Source: Planctomycetaceae bacterium (GTDB lineage Bacteria; Planctomycetota; Planctomycetia; Pirellulales; UBA1268). From it: a DNA stretch of 42,065 nucleotides. Position numbers and translations under genes: made by a program. The notes under the pieces were generated by a model. The model had not been told where the DNA came from. It made no database searches and saw nothing but the letters and a program-made list of their open reading frames with translations. Position 1 is the first letter of the stretch. Each line of letters begins with the position of its first letter. The stretch lies in the NCBI GenBank assembly GCA_947481985.1, contig CANKIK010000023.1, forward strand, positions 1 to 42,065. The letters run 5' to 3'. Below, piece after piece: positions 1 to 8,053 of the stretch.

Positions 1-102
1 CCTCACTCCTACTGTGGCATGCGGCGGGCGGGAGTCAAAAAAAGAGTTTGGGTCCGGTCACGCCGGTCGTGCGCGTCGCGCGAGTCATGCCGGTCTCCGC
101 AT

Positions 103-142
103 GATCAGGTCGGATCAGGTCGGATCAGGTCGGATCAGGCCA
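103..142. repeat. 10-bp tandem direct repeat GATCAGGTCG, 3 perfect copies plus 1 degenerate
   Basis: Read directly: gatcaggtcg at 103-112, 113-122, 123-132, then gatcaggcca at 133-142. Further atcagg hexamers at 152-157 and 161-166 inside the carA 3' codons. Lies immediately 3' of the carA stop (plus 154-156, tca). Confidence 0.8.
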
Positions 143-153
143 TGATCCGGCAA

Positions 154-1296
154 TCAGGCCATCAGGCGATGGAAGGCGCCGAACAGATACCCCGCGTCGT
201 GCGGGCCGGCGGCCGCCTCGGGGTGATACTGGACGCTCGCGGCCGGCAACGAGCGATGGCGGACACCCTCAATCGTGCCGTCGTTGAGGTTGCGGTGCGT
301 GACCACAAGATCCGCCGGCAACGTCGCCTCGTCGACTGCGAAGCCGTGATTCTGCGAGGTGATCTCCACCTTGCCGGTGTCGAGGTTCATCACCGGCTGG
401 TTGGCGCCACGGTGGCCAAACTTCAGTTTGAATGTCTTCGCCCCACAGGCCAGTGCCAGCAACTGATGGCCCAGGCAGATGCCAAACAGCGGCACTGCGC
501 CAATCAGCCCCCGGACCGTCTCGACACATCCCAGCAGCACCTCGGGATCGCCGGGCCCGTTGGAAAGGAAGACGCCGTCGGCTTTGAGCGCCAGCACCTC
601 GGCGGCGCTGGCTCGCCCGGGGAGCACCGTCACCCGGCAGCCACTGCTCACCAGATGCCGAGCGATGTTCCATTTCATCCCGTAATCGAGCGCCACGACA
701 TGCTTCAGCGGCCCTAGCACTTCCGCTGCGGGCATCACGCCCCCCTCGGTGGGCTGGACCAGCGACAGTGCCGATTCATCAAGCGGCTCCGTCCATTCGC
801 GCTGCGTCTTTGGCATCACTTCCGCCACCAGATCGCGGCCCACAAGGGGGAGCGCGGAGCGGGCCATCTCCACCAACTTTGCTCCATCGAGCACCTCGCT
901 CGATACGATGCCCGTCATGGCACCGCGGATCCGCAGACGGCGAACCAGCGCCCGGGTGTCGATTCCCGAAAGGCCCACCACGCCGGCGGCGGCGAGGTAG
1001 TCGTGGAGCGTGCCGGTGGCGGTGAAATTGCTGGCGATCCGGCTCGCTTCGCGGACCACAAAGCCGGCCATGTGGATCCCGCCACTCTCGACGTCGTCAT
1101 GATTGACGCCGTAGTTGCCGATCTGCGGCGCGGTCATGCAGAGGATCTGGCCGCGGTAACTCGGATCGGTGAGAATCTCCTGGTATCCGGTCATCGAAGT
1201 GTTGAAGCACACCTCGCCGGAGGAGGTGCCCCGACCTCCGAACGAATCACCGAAATAGATCGTGCCGTCCTCCAGTGCCAGGGCCGCACGTGCCAC
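154..1296 (-). CDS. carA: carbamoyl-phosphate synthase small (glutamine amidotransferase) subunit
   Basis: Translation matches CarA end to end (LALEDGT..FNTSMTGYQEILTDPSY..; GATase catalytic Cys in GICLGHQLLALA). The track ORF runs to 1368. I place the start at GTG 1294-1296, preceded by AGGAGG with a 5-nt spacer, giving 380 aa, the typical CarA length. Confidence 0.9.
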   Translation of the reverse strand: MARAALALEDGTIYFGDSFGGRGTSSGEVCFNTSMTGYQEILTDPSYRGQILCMTAPQIGNYGVNHDDVESGGIHMAGFVVREASRIASNFTATGTLHDYLAAAGVVGLSGIDTRALVRRLRIRGAMTGIVSSEVLDGAKLVEMARSALPLVGRDLVAEVMPKTQREWTEPLDESALSLVQPTEGGVMPAAEVLGPLKHVVALDYGMKWNIARHLVSSGCRVTVLPGRASAAEVLALKADGVFLSNGPGDPEVLLGCVETVRGLIGAVPLFGICLGHQLLALACGAKTFKLKFGHRGANQPVMNLDTGKVEITSQNHGFAVDEATLPADLVVTHRNLNDGTIEGVRHRSLPAASVQYHPEAAAGPHDAGYLFGAFHRLMA

Positions 1297-1429
1297 AACC
1301 GCCTCCTCTTGTTGCCGAACAGCAGAATCACCGCATCCGATTGACCGCAAACGGCCCAATCGTACCACGCCCCAGCCGGCTGTCAGGCCGGGGGGGCTGG
1401 AATGGCAGACAACGGCGAAACCAACGCGA

Positions 1430-2287
1430 TCACTTGGCCAGGGTGGGGGTCGGCTCCGGGGCCGGATCCTCGACCGCAGCCTTCTCCGCGGCAGTCAGTT
1501 CCAGGCCAGCGACTGGAGTGCCGTCTTCCTCGAGTTTTCCCGCCGCCCACAGCGTGCCGCGGGTCACAAGCCCGAGGAATTCCGGGGTTGCCACCGTCTC
1601 GGCGTAGTGGCCGATGGTCGTCCCGAAGACACGCGTCTTGCCAAACTGATTGGTCCAGATGCAGGTCTGCATGGCATTGCGGTCGGTGCTCATCGCCTCG
1701 CCGAGCGACGTGGCGGATGGCCACACCTTGTCAGAGTAGTAGAGCTCCTCCTTCGGCACTTCCCATTCCAGCGGCAGCCCGGTGAGGATCGGGTGCTTTG
1801 CCTTCAGCGAGCAGGTGTAGGCGTAGTGGGCGCCGTGGCCGGGAGAGGTGATCCCGCAGAACTTGAACCAGTCGTCGTTCCCGGCCCGGTAGCAGTGCAT
1901 TGCGCAGTGCATGAGGACGGCCGGCACCCCCTTCTCATGCTCAGCGAGGATCTTTTGAAGGAACGCTGGATCCTTGACGTCGGAGAAGCATTCGTTGTGG
2001 AAAACGACGTCGTAGCCCTTCGACCAATCGGGCTTCTCGTAGATGGAGATCGGGTGGTTGGTGGTCGTGCCCCCCTCGTGGACGACCGTGGTCCGGATCC
2101 GCGCCCGCGCCGCCATGCCACGGCTGATCAGCGCCTTCTGGGCGTCGTAATCGTGGCAGCAGCCGCCGGTGATATAGAGCACCTCCAGCGGACGGTCCTT
2201 GCCGGCCGGTGGCTCGGCAGCGGGAGCGATGGGGGCGAAGGCGACAGTGCAGGCGACAAGCGCGCAGGAGAACAGTCGGCAAAGCAT
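1430..2287 (-). CDS. ThuA-family protein (class I glutamine-amidotransferase-like fold), secreted
   Basis: Start at ATG 2285-2287, preceded by GGAGGAAATCACG. N-terminal signal peptide MLCRLFSCALVACTVAFAPIAPAA. Blocks align to ThuA family: LYITGGCCHDYD, VPAVLMHCAMH, HPILTGLPLEWEV..ELYYS, KTRVFGTTIGHYAETVATPEFLGLVTRGTLWAAG. The upstream part of the track ORF (2288-2587) looks non-coding. Confidence 0.75.
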   Translation of the reverse strand: MLCRLFSCALVACTVAFAPIAPAAEPPAGKDRPLEVLYITGGCCHDYDAQKALISRGMAARARIRTTVVHEGGTTTNHPISIYEKPDWSKGYDVVFHNECFSDVKDPAFLQKILAEHEKGVPAVLMHCAMHCYRAGNDDWFKFCGITSPGHGAHYAYTCSLKAKHPILTGLPLEWEVPKEELYYSDKVWPSATSLGEAMSTDRNAMQTCIWTNQFGKTRVFGTTIGHYAETVATPEFLGLVTRGTLWAAGKLEEDGTPVAGLELTAAEKAAVEDPAPEPTPTLAK

Positions 2288-2835
2288 CGTGATTTCCTCC
2301 AAAGGGATGGGGAGAATACCACGGCGGCCCTCCAGGGATACAACCACTCCCGCTGCAGTCCATGACCAGAGGGAGCAGAGGGGGCAGAAGCACGTCTTGT
2401 GCCGACACCAAACCGATTCGTCTGATCTGCTTGCCGGATCGGCTTTTGCGCGCAATCCGTGGAATCTGCTGCGGTCGCTTTGTCGGAGCGCGGTATACTT
2501 GGGGCGTCGCCGAGTCGTGGCCGAAAAAAGCCGCGAACGGGGGAACCAAACCAGTGTGGTCGATTGCTGTTGCGAAGCGGCGGCCACACCCGGGGCGTAG
2601 GTTCAGAAATGAACCAGGGTACTTTCAAGCCCGAGCCCGTCAGCTAACCCCGTAGGCATGGTCGGACGCGGTGTCCGGCCCGATTTGAAAGGGCATTCTT
2701 TCGCTCCCTCGCAGGAGCGCGAAGGCCCTGGGTTTGCTACGGGCGTCGTTCCTCCCGGTGGCCATCGTGCGCCCCCGCCTGAGCCTCCGACGCCGGAGGG
2801 CTTGTGACGTGTCTTTCCAAAGTCCCCTGACGGGG

Positions 2836-5115
2836 ATGCTCTGTTTCGCGGTCCATCCCACTGACCTTGCGGTTCTCTGGCCAAGGTCACTCCCACTGGC
2901 GGCGCTTCCCCAGATCGTCACTGCCTGGTGGCCCGCCTGGATCCTCACCGCGATCGCTGTGCTTTTCTGGATCTGCTTCCGCTGGATTCCCAACGACCGG
3001 ATCGGCGTGGTGGAGAAGTGGTGGTCGCTTGCCGGCAGCGTGACGGAAGGACGGATCGTCGCCCCGGCCGCCGAGGCAGGCTACCGGGCGGAGATCCTCC
3101 GCGGTGGCCTTCACTTCGGCTGGTGGCGGTGGCAGTACGCCATCCACACCGTGCCCTTAGTAAGTATCCCCGAGGGGAAGATTGGCTATGTGTTTGCCCG
3201 TGACGGCGAGCCGCTGCCCGCCAGCCAAACGCTCGCCCGGGTGGTCGACTGCAACAACTTCCAGGATGCCCGCGGCTTCCTCGGGCTCGCCCCGGCCGCC
3301 GGTGCCACCATCCCAGCCCGGATCGCCGCCGGGCAGAAGGGGCGCCAGCGGGCCATCCTCCGCGAGGGTGTGTATGCGATCAACCCGGCGCTGTTCACAG
3401 TCGTCAGTGAAAACGCCGTCTTTGGGCTGAAGGCCGTGCAGACCCGGGCGGAACAGGAGTCGCTCGGTCGCTGGCTCGCCGAACTCCGTGCCGCCTCTGG
3501 CTTCGACCCCGTCGTCGTCGGCAAGGGAACCGCCGTAGCGAGTATTCCTGATCACGATTCGCTCGCCACAGTCGCCATCACGGAGGAGGCCCCTGCCGAC
3601 TCGATCGCCATTATCACAGTCCATGATGGTCCGTCGCTGTCGCCGGGCGAGATCATCGCGCCGACCGTCGGCGGCGATCTGGCCGATCCGAACTACCACA
3701 ACAACTACCAAGACACCGAGGCCTTTCTCCGTGCCGGAGGCCGCCGTGGCCGGCAGCACATGCCCCTCACCGACGGCACCTACTTTGTGAACCGCTGGTT
3801 CGCGACGGTGGAGATGACGCCGAAGACGGTCGTGCCGATCGGCTCAGTGGGCGTGGTGGTCAGTTACATCGGCCGCACGGGCGCCGACATCTCCGGATCG
3901 GCCTTCCGCCACGGCGAGCGGGTGGCCGAAGGGGAGCGGGGCGTGTGGGAGCGGGCCCTCGGCCCGGGCAAGTACGCCTTCAACAGCTACTCCGGCAACG
4001 TCGTTCTCGTGCCGACGACCAACTTCGTCCTCCACTGGGTGACCGGTCGGAGCGAGTCGCACCGCTACGACGAGAGCCTGAAGAGCATCGATCTGGTGAC
4101 GAAAGACGCCTACGAGCCGTCGCTCCCCCTCTCGGTGGTCGTGCACATCGACTACCAACGGGCCCCGAGCGTCATCCAGCGGTTCGGGGATGTCCAGCGG
4201 CTGATCACGCAGACTCTCGATCCGATGCTCTCTGCCTACTTCCGCGATATCGCCCACAAGAAAACGATGCTCGAACTCCTCCACGACCGCGACCTGATCC
4301 AGGCCGAGGCGCGAAAAGAGCTGCATACAAAATTTCAGCAGTTCGACATCGAGTGCGTCGACGTCCTCATCGGTAAGCCGGAGACTGGCAAAGAATCAGG
4401 CAAGATTGAGACGCTGCTTGACCAGCTCCGCGAGCGGCAGCTCTCCGTCGAGCAACTTGAGACCTTCGAGCGGAAGCGCGTGGCTGCGGAGAAGATGCGT
4501 TTGCTGGCCGAGGCACAGGCCCTGGCGACGATGCAGACGCAGCTCACCAACGCCCGTGTCGAGGCCCAGATCGCCGAGCAGCAGGGGGAGGCCGACCTCT
4601 TCCGGGCCCGGAAATCAGCCGAGCAGATGGTGGTCATGGCCGAGGCCGATCTGTCGCGATCGCGCCTCCAGGCGGAACAGCGCGTGCTTCTGGCCGAGGC
4701 TGATGCGAAGCAGAAAGAACTCGAGGGGCGTGGCGAGGGGCAGAAGGTGATGCACATCGGCCTCAGCGAGGCCGCCGTGCAACTCAAAAAGATCTCCAGC
4801 TACGGCGACCCGCGACTCTACGCCCTCGCCGAGGTAGCCGGCAGCCTGTCGGCGAGCGTGCAACCGCTGGTGCCGCAGCGGCTCTTTATCTCCGGCGGCG
4901 GGGATGGCAAGGGCGAACAGGCCTCCGGTCAGGGGATGCTCGGCCTGCTTGTCAGTCTCCTCGTGGCCGAGAAGAGCGGCCTGGGAGGGATTGGGATCGA
5001 CGAGGCCGATCCGCTCAAACGCTTCGCCGACCGGATGTCGGAGAAGGTGCTCGAATCGATGGAGCAGGCGGAGGGACACGACACACGGCCGGCGGATCCG
5101 CCGGTCGGGGCGTGA
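2836..5115 (+). CDS. flotillin-family (SPFH/band-7, YqiK-like) membrane protein
   Basis: N-terminal TM helix (WPAWILTAIAVLFWICF) followed by an SPFH core (IPNDRIGVVEKW..). Long EA-rich coiled coil typical of flotillins (AEAQALATMQTQLTNARVEAQIAEQQGEADL..AEADLSRSRLQAEQRVLLAEADAKQKELEG). First canonical ATG is 2836; the track ORF begins at TTG 2734. Confidence 0.85.
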   Translation: MLCFAVHPTDLAVLWPRSLPLAALPQIVTAWWPAWILTAIAVLFWICFRWIPNDRIGVVEKWWSLAGSVTEGRIVAPAAEAGYRAEILRGGLHFGWWRWQYAIHTVPLVSIPEGKIGYVFARDGEPLPASQTLARVVDCNNFQDARGFLGLAPAAGATIPARIAAGQKGRQRAILREGVYAINPALFTVVSENAVFGLKAVQTRAEQESLGRWLAELRAASGFDPVVVGKGTAVASIPDHDSLATVAITEEAPADSIAIITVHDGPSLSPGEIIAPTVGGDLADPNYHNNYQDTEAFLRAGGRRGRQHMPLTDGTYFVNRWFATVEMTPKTVVPIGSVGVVVSYIGRTGADISGSAFRHGERVAEGERGVWERALGPGKYAFNSYSGNVVLVPTTNFVLHWVTGRSESHRYDESLKSIDLVTKDAYEPSLPLSVVVHIDYQRAPSVIQRFGDVQRLITQTLDPMLSAYFRDIAHKKTMLELLHDRDLIQAEARKELHTKFQQFDIECVDVLIGKPETGKESGKIETLLDQLRERQLSVEQLETFERKRVAAEKMRLLAEAQALATMQTQLTNARVEAQIAEQQGEADLFRARKSAEQMVVMAEADLSRSRLQAEQRVLLAEADAKQKELEGRGEGQKVMHIGLSEAAVQLKKISSYGDPRLYALAEVAGSLSASVQPLVPQRLFISGGGDGKGEQASGQGMLGLLVSLLVAEKSGLGGIGIDEADPLKRFADRMSEKVLESMEQAEGHDTRPADPPVGA

Positions 5116-5168
5116 ACGATCGCCGTCACGGGACTCGAACCCCGTGTCGCTGACGCCGTTCACCGCTG

Positions 5169-5210
5169 GCTGCCGGGGGTGTTTCGCTCACCCCCGGCAG
5201 CTTTTTTGTT
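5169..5210 (+). terminator. Rho-independent terminator of the flotillin gene
   Basis: Perfect 11-bp GC-rich inverted repeat gctgccggggg (5169-5179) / cccccggcagc (5191-5201), 11-nt loop, then TTTTTTGTT (5202-5210). Confidence 0.85.
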
Positions 5211-5353
5211 GAGAAGACCCTCCTGACGCGGATCTTCTTCGCTGCCATGCAAAGAGGGCCAAAGAGCCGTCTGCCAAGGCGATCTTCAGTAGACTGCTGT
5301 GGGTTTGCGTCCCGGCCAAGGCCGGGTGAAGAGCCTCCTGGGGGGAATGGCCG

Positions 5354-7378
5354 GTGAGTTGTCATCGCAGAGGCCGGTGGATCGCAATCGCAGCGTTGTG
5401 GATGGCTGGCGCGGCCGGATGGAGTGGCCCACGGGGCTTGCAGGCTCAGGCCCCTGTTTTGCAGCCGTTGACCGGGGAGCAGCGCCAGTCGCTTGAAGAC
5501 GGCTTGCGGGCATTAAACCTTTCGCTTGAACCTGCCCAGGGGCCAGTCCCCCAGGATCGCGCCGACGCAGCGATCTTCGCCAAGGGCCTGACGTGGGCGC
5601 TGCGGTATGACGCTGAATTCTCCGCCGCAGAAGTAACGCAACTCAATCAGGCGCTGAAGCGCGGCAGCGAGCGATTGGCAGCCCTCGTCGACGGCCGGCG
5701 CCCCTGGGCCGAGCGACGCGGAAAAATAGTCCTGGGGTATGTCTCGCGCATCGACGGCTCCCTGCAGCCGTACGGTCTCATCGTGCCGAAAACCTACGAC
5801 CCGCAGAACGCGATGCGGCTCGATGTCGTGTTGCACGGGAGTACCCGCCCCGTCGGCTCCAGCGAGTTGAACTTCATGGCCCGTTTCGATGAAGGGGACG
5901 AGCCGAATGCGCATCCGCCTGACGTCTCATGGATCGAACTCCATCCACTCGGCCGGGTCGAAAACTGCTATCGCTGGTCGGGCGAGAGTGACGTCTTTGC
6001 AGCCATCGAAGACGTCGCTCGTCGCTACCACATCGATCGCGATCGGATCGTCCTCCGTGGCATGTCGATGGGAGCTTCGGGAACGTGGCATCTCGGCCTC
6101 AAGCACCCGGATCAGTTCGTGGCGCTCGGGCCGTATTGCGGGTATGTCGACACGCATCGGTTCTCCGAAACACCGATCCCCTCGTTTATCAAGGTTGGCC
6201 CCTTGCCGGAGCATGAGGAACTTGGCCTGCACATCCTCGACTCCGTCGACTATGCCGCCAACGCCAGCGTCGTTCCGGCCATCGCATGCATGGGGGACCA
6301 GGATGTCTTCTTTCAGGCTCACGTGCTGATGGAAGAGGCGCTGCGGCGCGAGGGACTGGAGATGATCAACCTGATCGCGCCGGGAACAGGCCATGTCATC
6401 GATCCCGCCACGCATGCCGAGCAGATGCGGCAAATCGGCGCGCACGCCGATCGCGGCCTGAACCACTCCCCAAGGGAGTTGCGGTTTGTCACCTGGACTT
6501 TGAAATATGGCCGCTGCCATTGGCTCCAAGTGCTCAGTCTCGATCGCCATTACGCCAGAGCGGAATTCGCTGCCCGAGTGCGTGGCGACAGCCTTGAGGT
6601 CGCCGAACCGCTGAATATCAATCGATTTTCCATCGATGTCGCCAAGCTGCCCCGGACGGTGGAGACCATCCGGATCGGAGCCACTGCGCTCGCACTTCCC
6701 CTCTCCGGAGTGCCGCCACGCAGCCCGCTTGTTTTTTTTCGGCATCAACAGGCGTGGAGCATTGCCGGCGATGATTCGGTCCCGAAAGCGGGCAAACGCC
6801 CCGGGCTCCAGGGCCCGATCGACGATGCATTCACCGCGCCGTTCCTCTGCGTGCGCGGAACTGGAACACCCTGGAACCAGGCCGTGCACGAGCACGCCAT
6901 CAACAGCTTGAATCGATTTGCCGATGAGTGGCACCGCTACTTTCGCGGCGACCTGCCGATCAAGGACGACTCGGCGGTGACCGCAGAGGATCTCCAGACC
7001 AAGAACCTGATTCTCTTCGGCGATCCGGGGAGCAATGTGTTGATCGCAAGCGCCCTGCCTCGGCTTCCGATGGAGTGGACGAGACAGACCCTCCGATTGG
7101 GAGGACAGGACCACCCGGCTGCCAACCACATGCCCGCACTGATTGCCCCCAATCCACTGCCCGGCGCAGCGGAGCATTACGTTGTCATCAACAGCGGCCA
7201 CACCTTCCGCGGGGCAGATCTGGGCGCCTTGAACTACCTCCTCTTCCCGCGCTGGGGCGACTGGGCCGTGATCCAAGTCCCCGCTGCCCACCCCGCCGAA
7301 GAACCGCTCCCGGACCAGGTCTTGGATGCCGGATACTTCAACGAGCAATGGCAAGGCACGTTGGGGACCGCCCCCTAA
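5354..7378 (+). CDS. secreted alpha/beta-hydrolase-fold serine hydrolase (esterase/peptidase-like) with large C-terminal extension
   Basis: GTG start with signal-peptide-like N-terminus (RRGRWIAIAALWMAGAAGW..AQA). GxSxG nucleophile motif GMSMGASGTW, with LDVVLHGS upstream. Ends at TAA 7376-7378. The 669-aa minus-strand ORF 5927-7936 is its antisense shadow. Confidence 0.7.
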   Translation: MSCHRRGRWIAIAALWMAGAAGWSGPRGLQAQAPVLQPLTGEQRQSLEDGLRALNLSLEPAQGPVPQDRADAAIFAKGLTWALRYDAEFSAAEVTQLNQALKRGSERLAALVDGRRPWAERRGKIVLGYVSRIDGSLQPYGLIVPKTYDPQNAMRLDVVLHGSTRPVGSSELNFMARFDEGDEPNAHPPDVSWIELHPLGRVENCYRWSGESDVFAAIEDVARRYHIDRDRIVLRGMSMGASGTWHLGLKHPDQFVALGPYCGYVDTHRFSETPIPSFIKVGPLPEHEELGLHILDSVDYAANASVVPAIACMGDQDVFFQAHVLMEEALRREGLEMINLIAPGTGHVIDPATHAEQMRQIGAHADRGLNHSPRELRFVTWTLKYGRCHWLQVLSLDRHYARAEFAARVRGDSLEVAEPLNINRFSIDVAKLPRTVETIRIGATALALPLSGVPPRSPLVFFRHQQAWSIAGDDSVPKAGKRPGLQGPIDDAFTAPFLCVRGTGTPWNQAVHEHAINSLNRFADEWHRYFRGDLPIKDDSAVTAEDLQTKNLILFGDPGSNVLIASALPRLPMEWTRQTLRLGGQDHPAANHMPALIAPNPLPGAAEHYVVINSGHTFRGADLGALNYLLFPRWGDWAVIQVPAAHPAEEPLPDQVLDAGYFNEQWQGTLGTAP

Positions 7379-7475
7379 CAGCCCGTGGAAAAAGTCATCC
7401 ATGACCTTTTTCCACTTGAAAAACCTCCGGTTTTCTCGAGTGCTACGCACTCGCGACTGCCTCGTGCAGTCGGAT
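7379..7475 (+). other. conserved multi-hairpin 3' element, copy 1 (candidate structured RNA / complex terminator)
   Basis: AT-rich island in a high-GC region, starting 8 nt after the TAA. Hairpins: TGGAAAAAGTCATCC/ATGACCTTTTTCCA (7386-7414); CACTTGAAAAACC-TCC-GGTTTTCTCGAGTG (7415-7444); CGACTGC-CTCGT-GCAGTCG (7454-7472). About 82% identical over 97 nt, no indels, to the reverse complement of 26221-26317. Confidence 0.6.
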
Positions 7476-7582
7476 CGGCAGTTTATCCACGGCCCCCTAA
7501 CCGGCGACAGCACCGGGCCGCTCACCGGGATCGTTGCCTGACAACAGCCTTTCAGGGCCGAAGCATCCTCTGGGGAACTGAT

Positions 7583-8041
7583 CATGCTCGCGAAGCACTG
7601 GTTGCTGGTAGTGGTGATGCACGGCACGACCTCGTTCGCCGAGGCTTCGACTGCCGACTCGAGGGCATCGTCTGGACGACCGGCGAGAACGATGCCTTCT
7701 TTGGCCCCTTCGCCCAGCACCATGCTGCGACGTTCCAAGCGCTTGTCGAACAGACGCGAATCGACCTGAAACAACCGCAACTGCCTTGGGTGATTGCCGC
7801 ACTGCACAGGAACGCGCCGTGGGGAAACGGAAGCGCGGTCAACGCCGGACTTACGCAACGTGCGCGGACACTTTCTGGCATCGAGGTGGTGGAGACATCG
7901 CAACTCCCCTACCTTCGCGCCCAGTACGGCACCCACGGCACACTCCTCCTCGGAGAGAAACTCGCCGCTGCATTCCTGCCTTCCCTGCAGCCAGCCCTTG
8001 CGCCTGCAAAACCAGAGAGCCAGTCAACCGGGGAAAGATGA
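7583..8041 (+). pseudogene. truncated sialate-O-acetylesterase-like SGNH hydrolase (DUF303/SASA family), C-terminal part only
   Basis: Frame-2 translation carries the C-terminal SASA-family blocks: LEGIVWTTGENDA (cf. WYQGESD), QPQLPWVIAAL (cf. QPELPF..QL), GTHGTLLLGEKLAAAF (cf. D..H....G...LG.RLA). The N-terminal GQSNM block is absent in all frames. There is no ATG/GTG/TTG in frame between 7560 and 7690. The frame is the same as the upstream hydrolase, separated by a single TAA and the hairpin element. Confidence 0.5.
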
Positions 8042-8053
8042 CTCAAACCACCA

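Noticed and set aside
19-717. 232-aa plus-strand ORF at the window start
   Set aside because: Lies fully inside carA on the opposite strand. No motifs; an antisense artefact.
1262-2365. 367-aa plus-strand ORF
   Set aside because: Antisense to the ThuA-family gene and the carA 5' end. Low-complexity Arg/Gly-rich translation.
5110-5160. tRNA-like T-arm motif (GGTTCGAGTCC on the minus strand) just after the flotillin stop
   Set aside because: Only a T-loop-like hairpin (CACGGG/CCCGTG around GTTCGAGT) is present. No matching acceptor or anticodon arms could be assembled on either strand, so no tRNA gene or clear att-site remnant is called.
7376-7583. Possible stop-codon readthrough or recoding joining the alpha/beta hydrolase to the downstream SASA-like frame
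   Set aside because: Although both are in the same frame across a single TAA, the intervening ~200 nt is AT-rich, hairpin-dense and translates to non-protein-like sequence. Gene decay or element insertion is more plausible than programmed readthrough.
5927-7936. 669-aa minus-strand ORF
   Set aside because: Entirely antisense to the alpha/beta hydrolase gene and the SASA remnant. The translation is Arg/Gly/Pro-rich and low-complexity with no motifs. This is a typical high-GC antisense shadow ORF.
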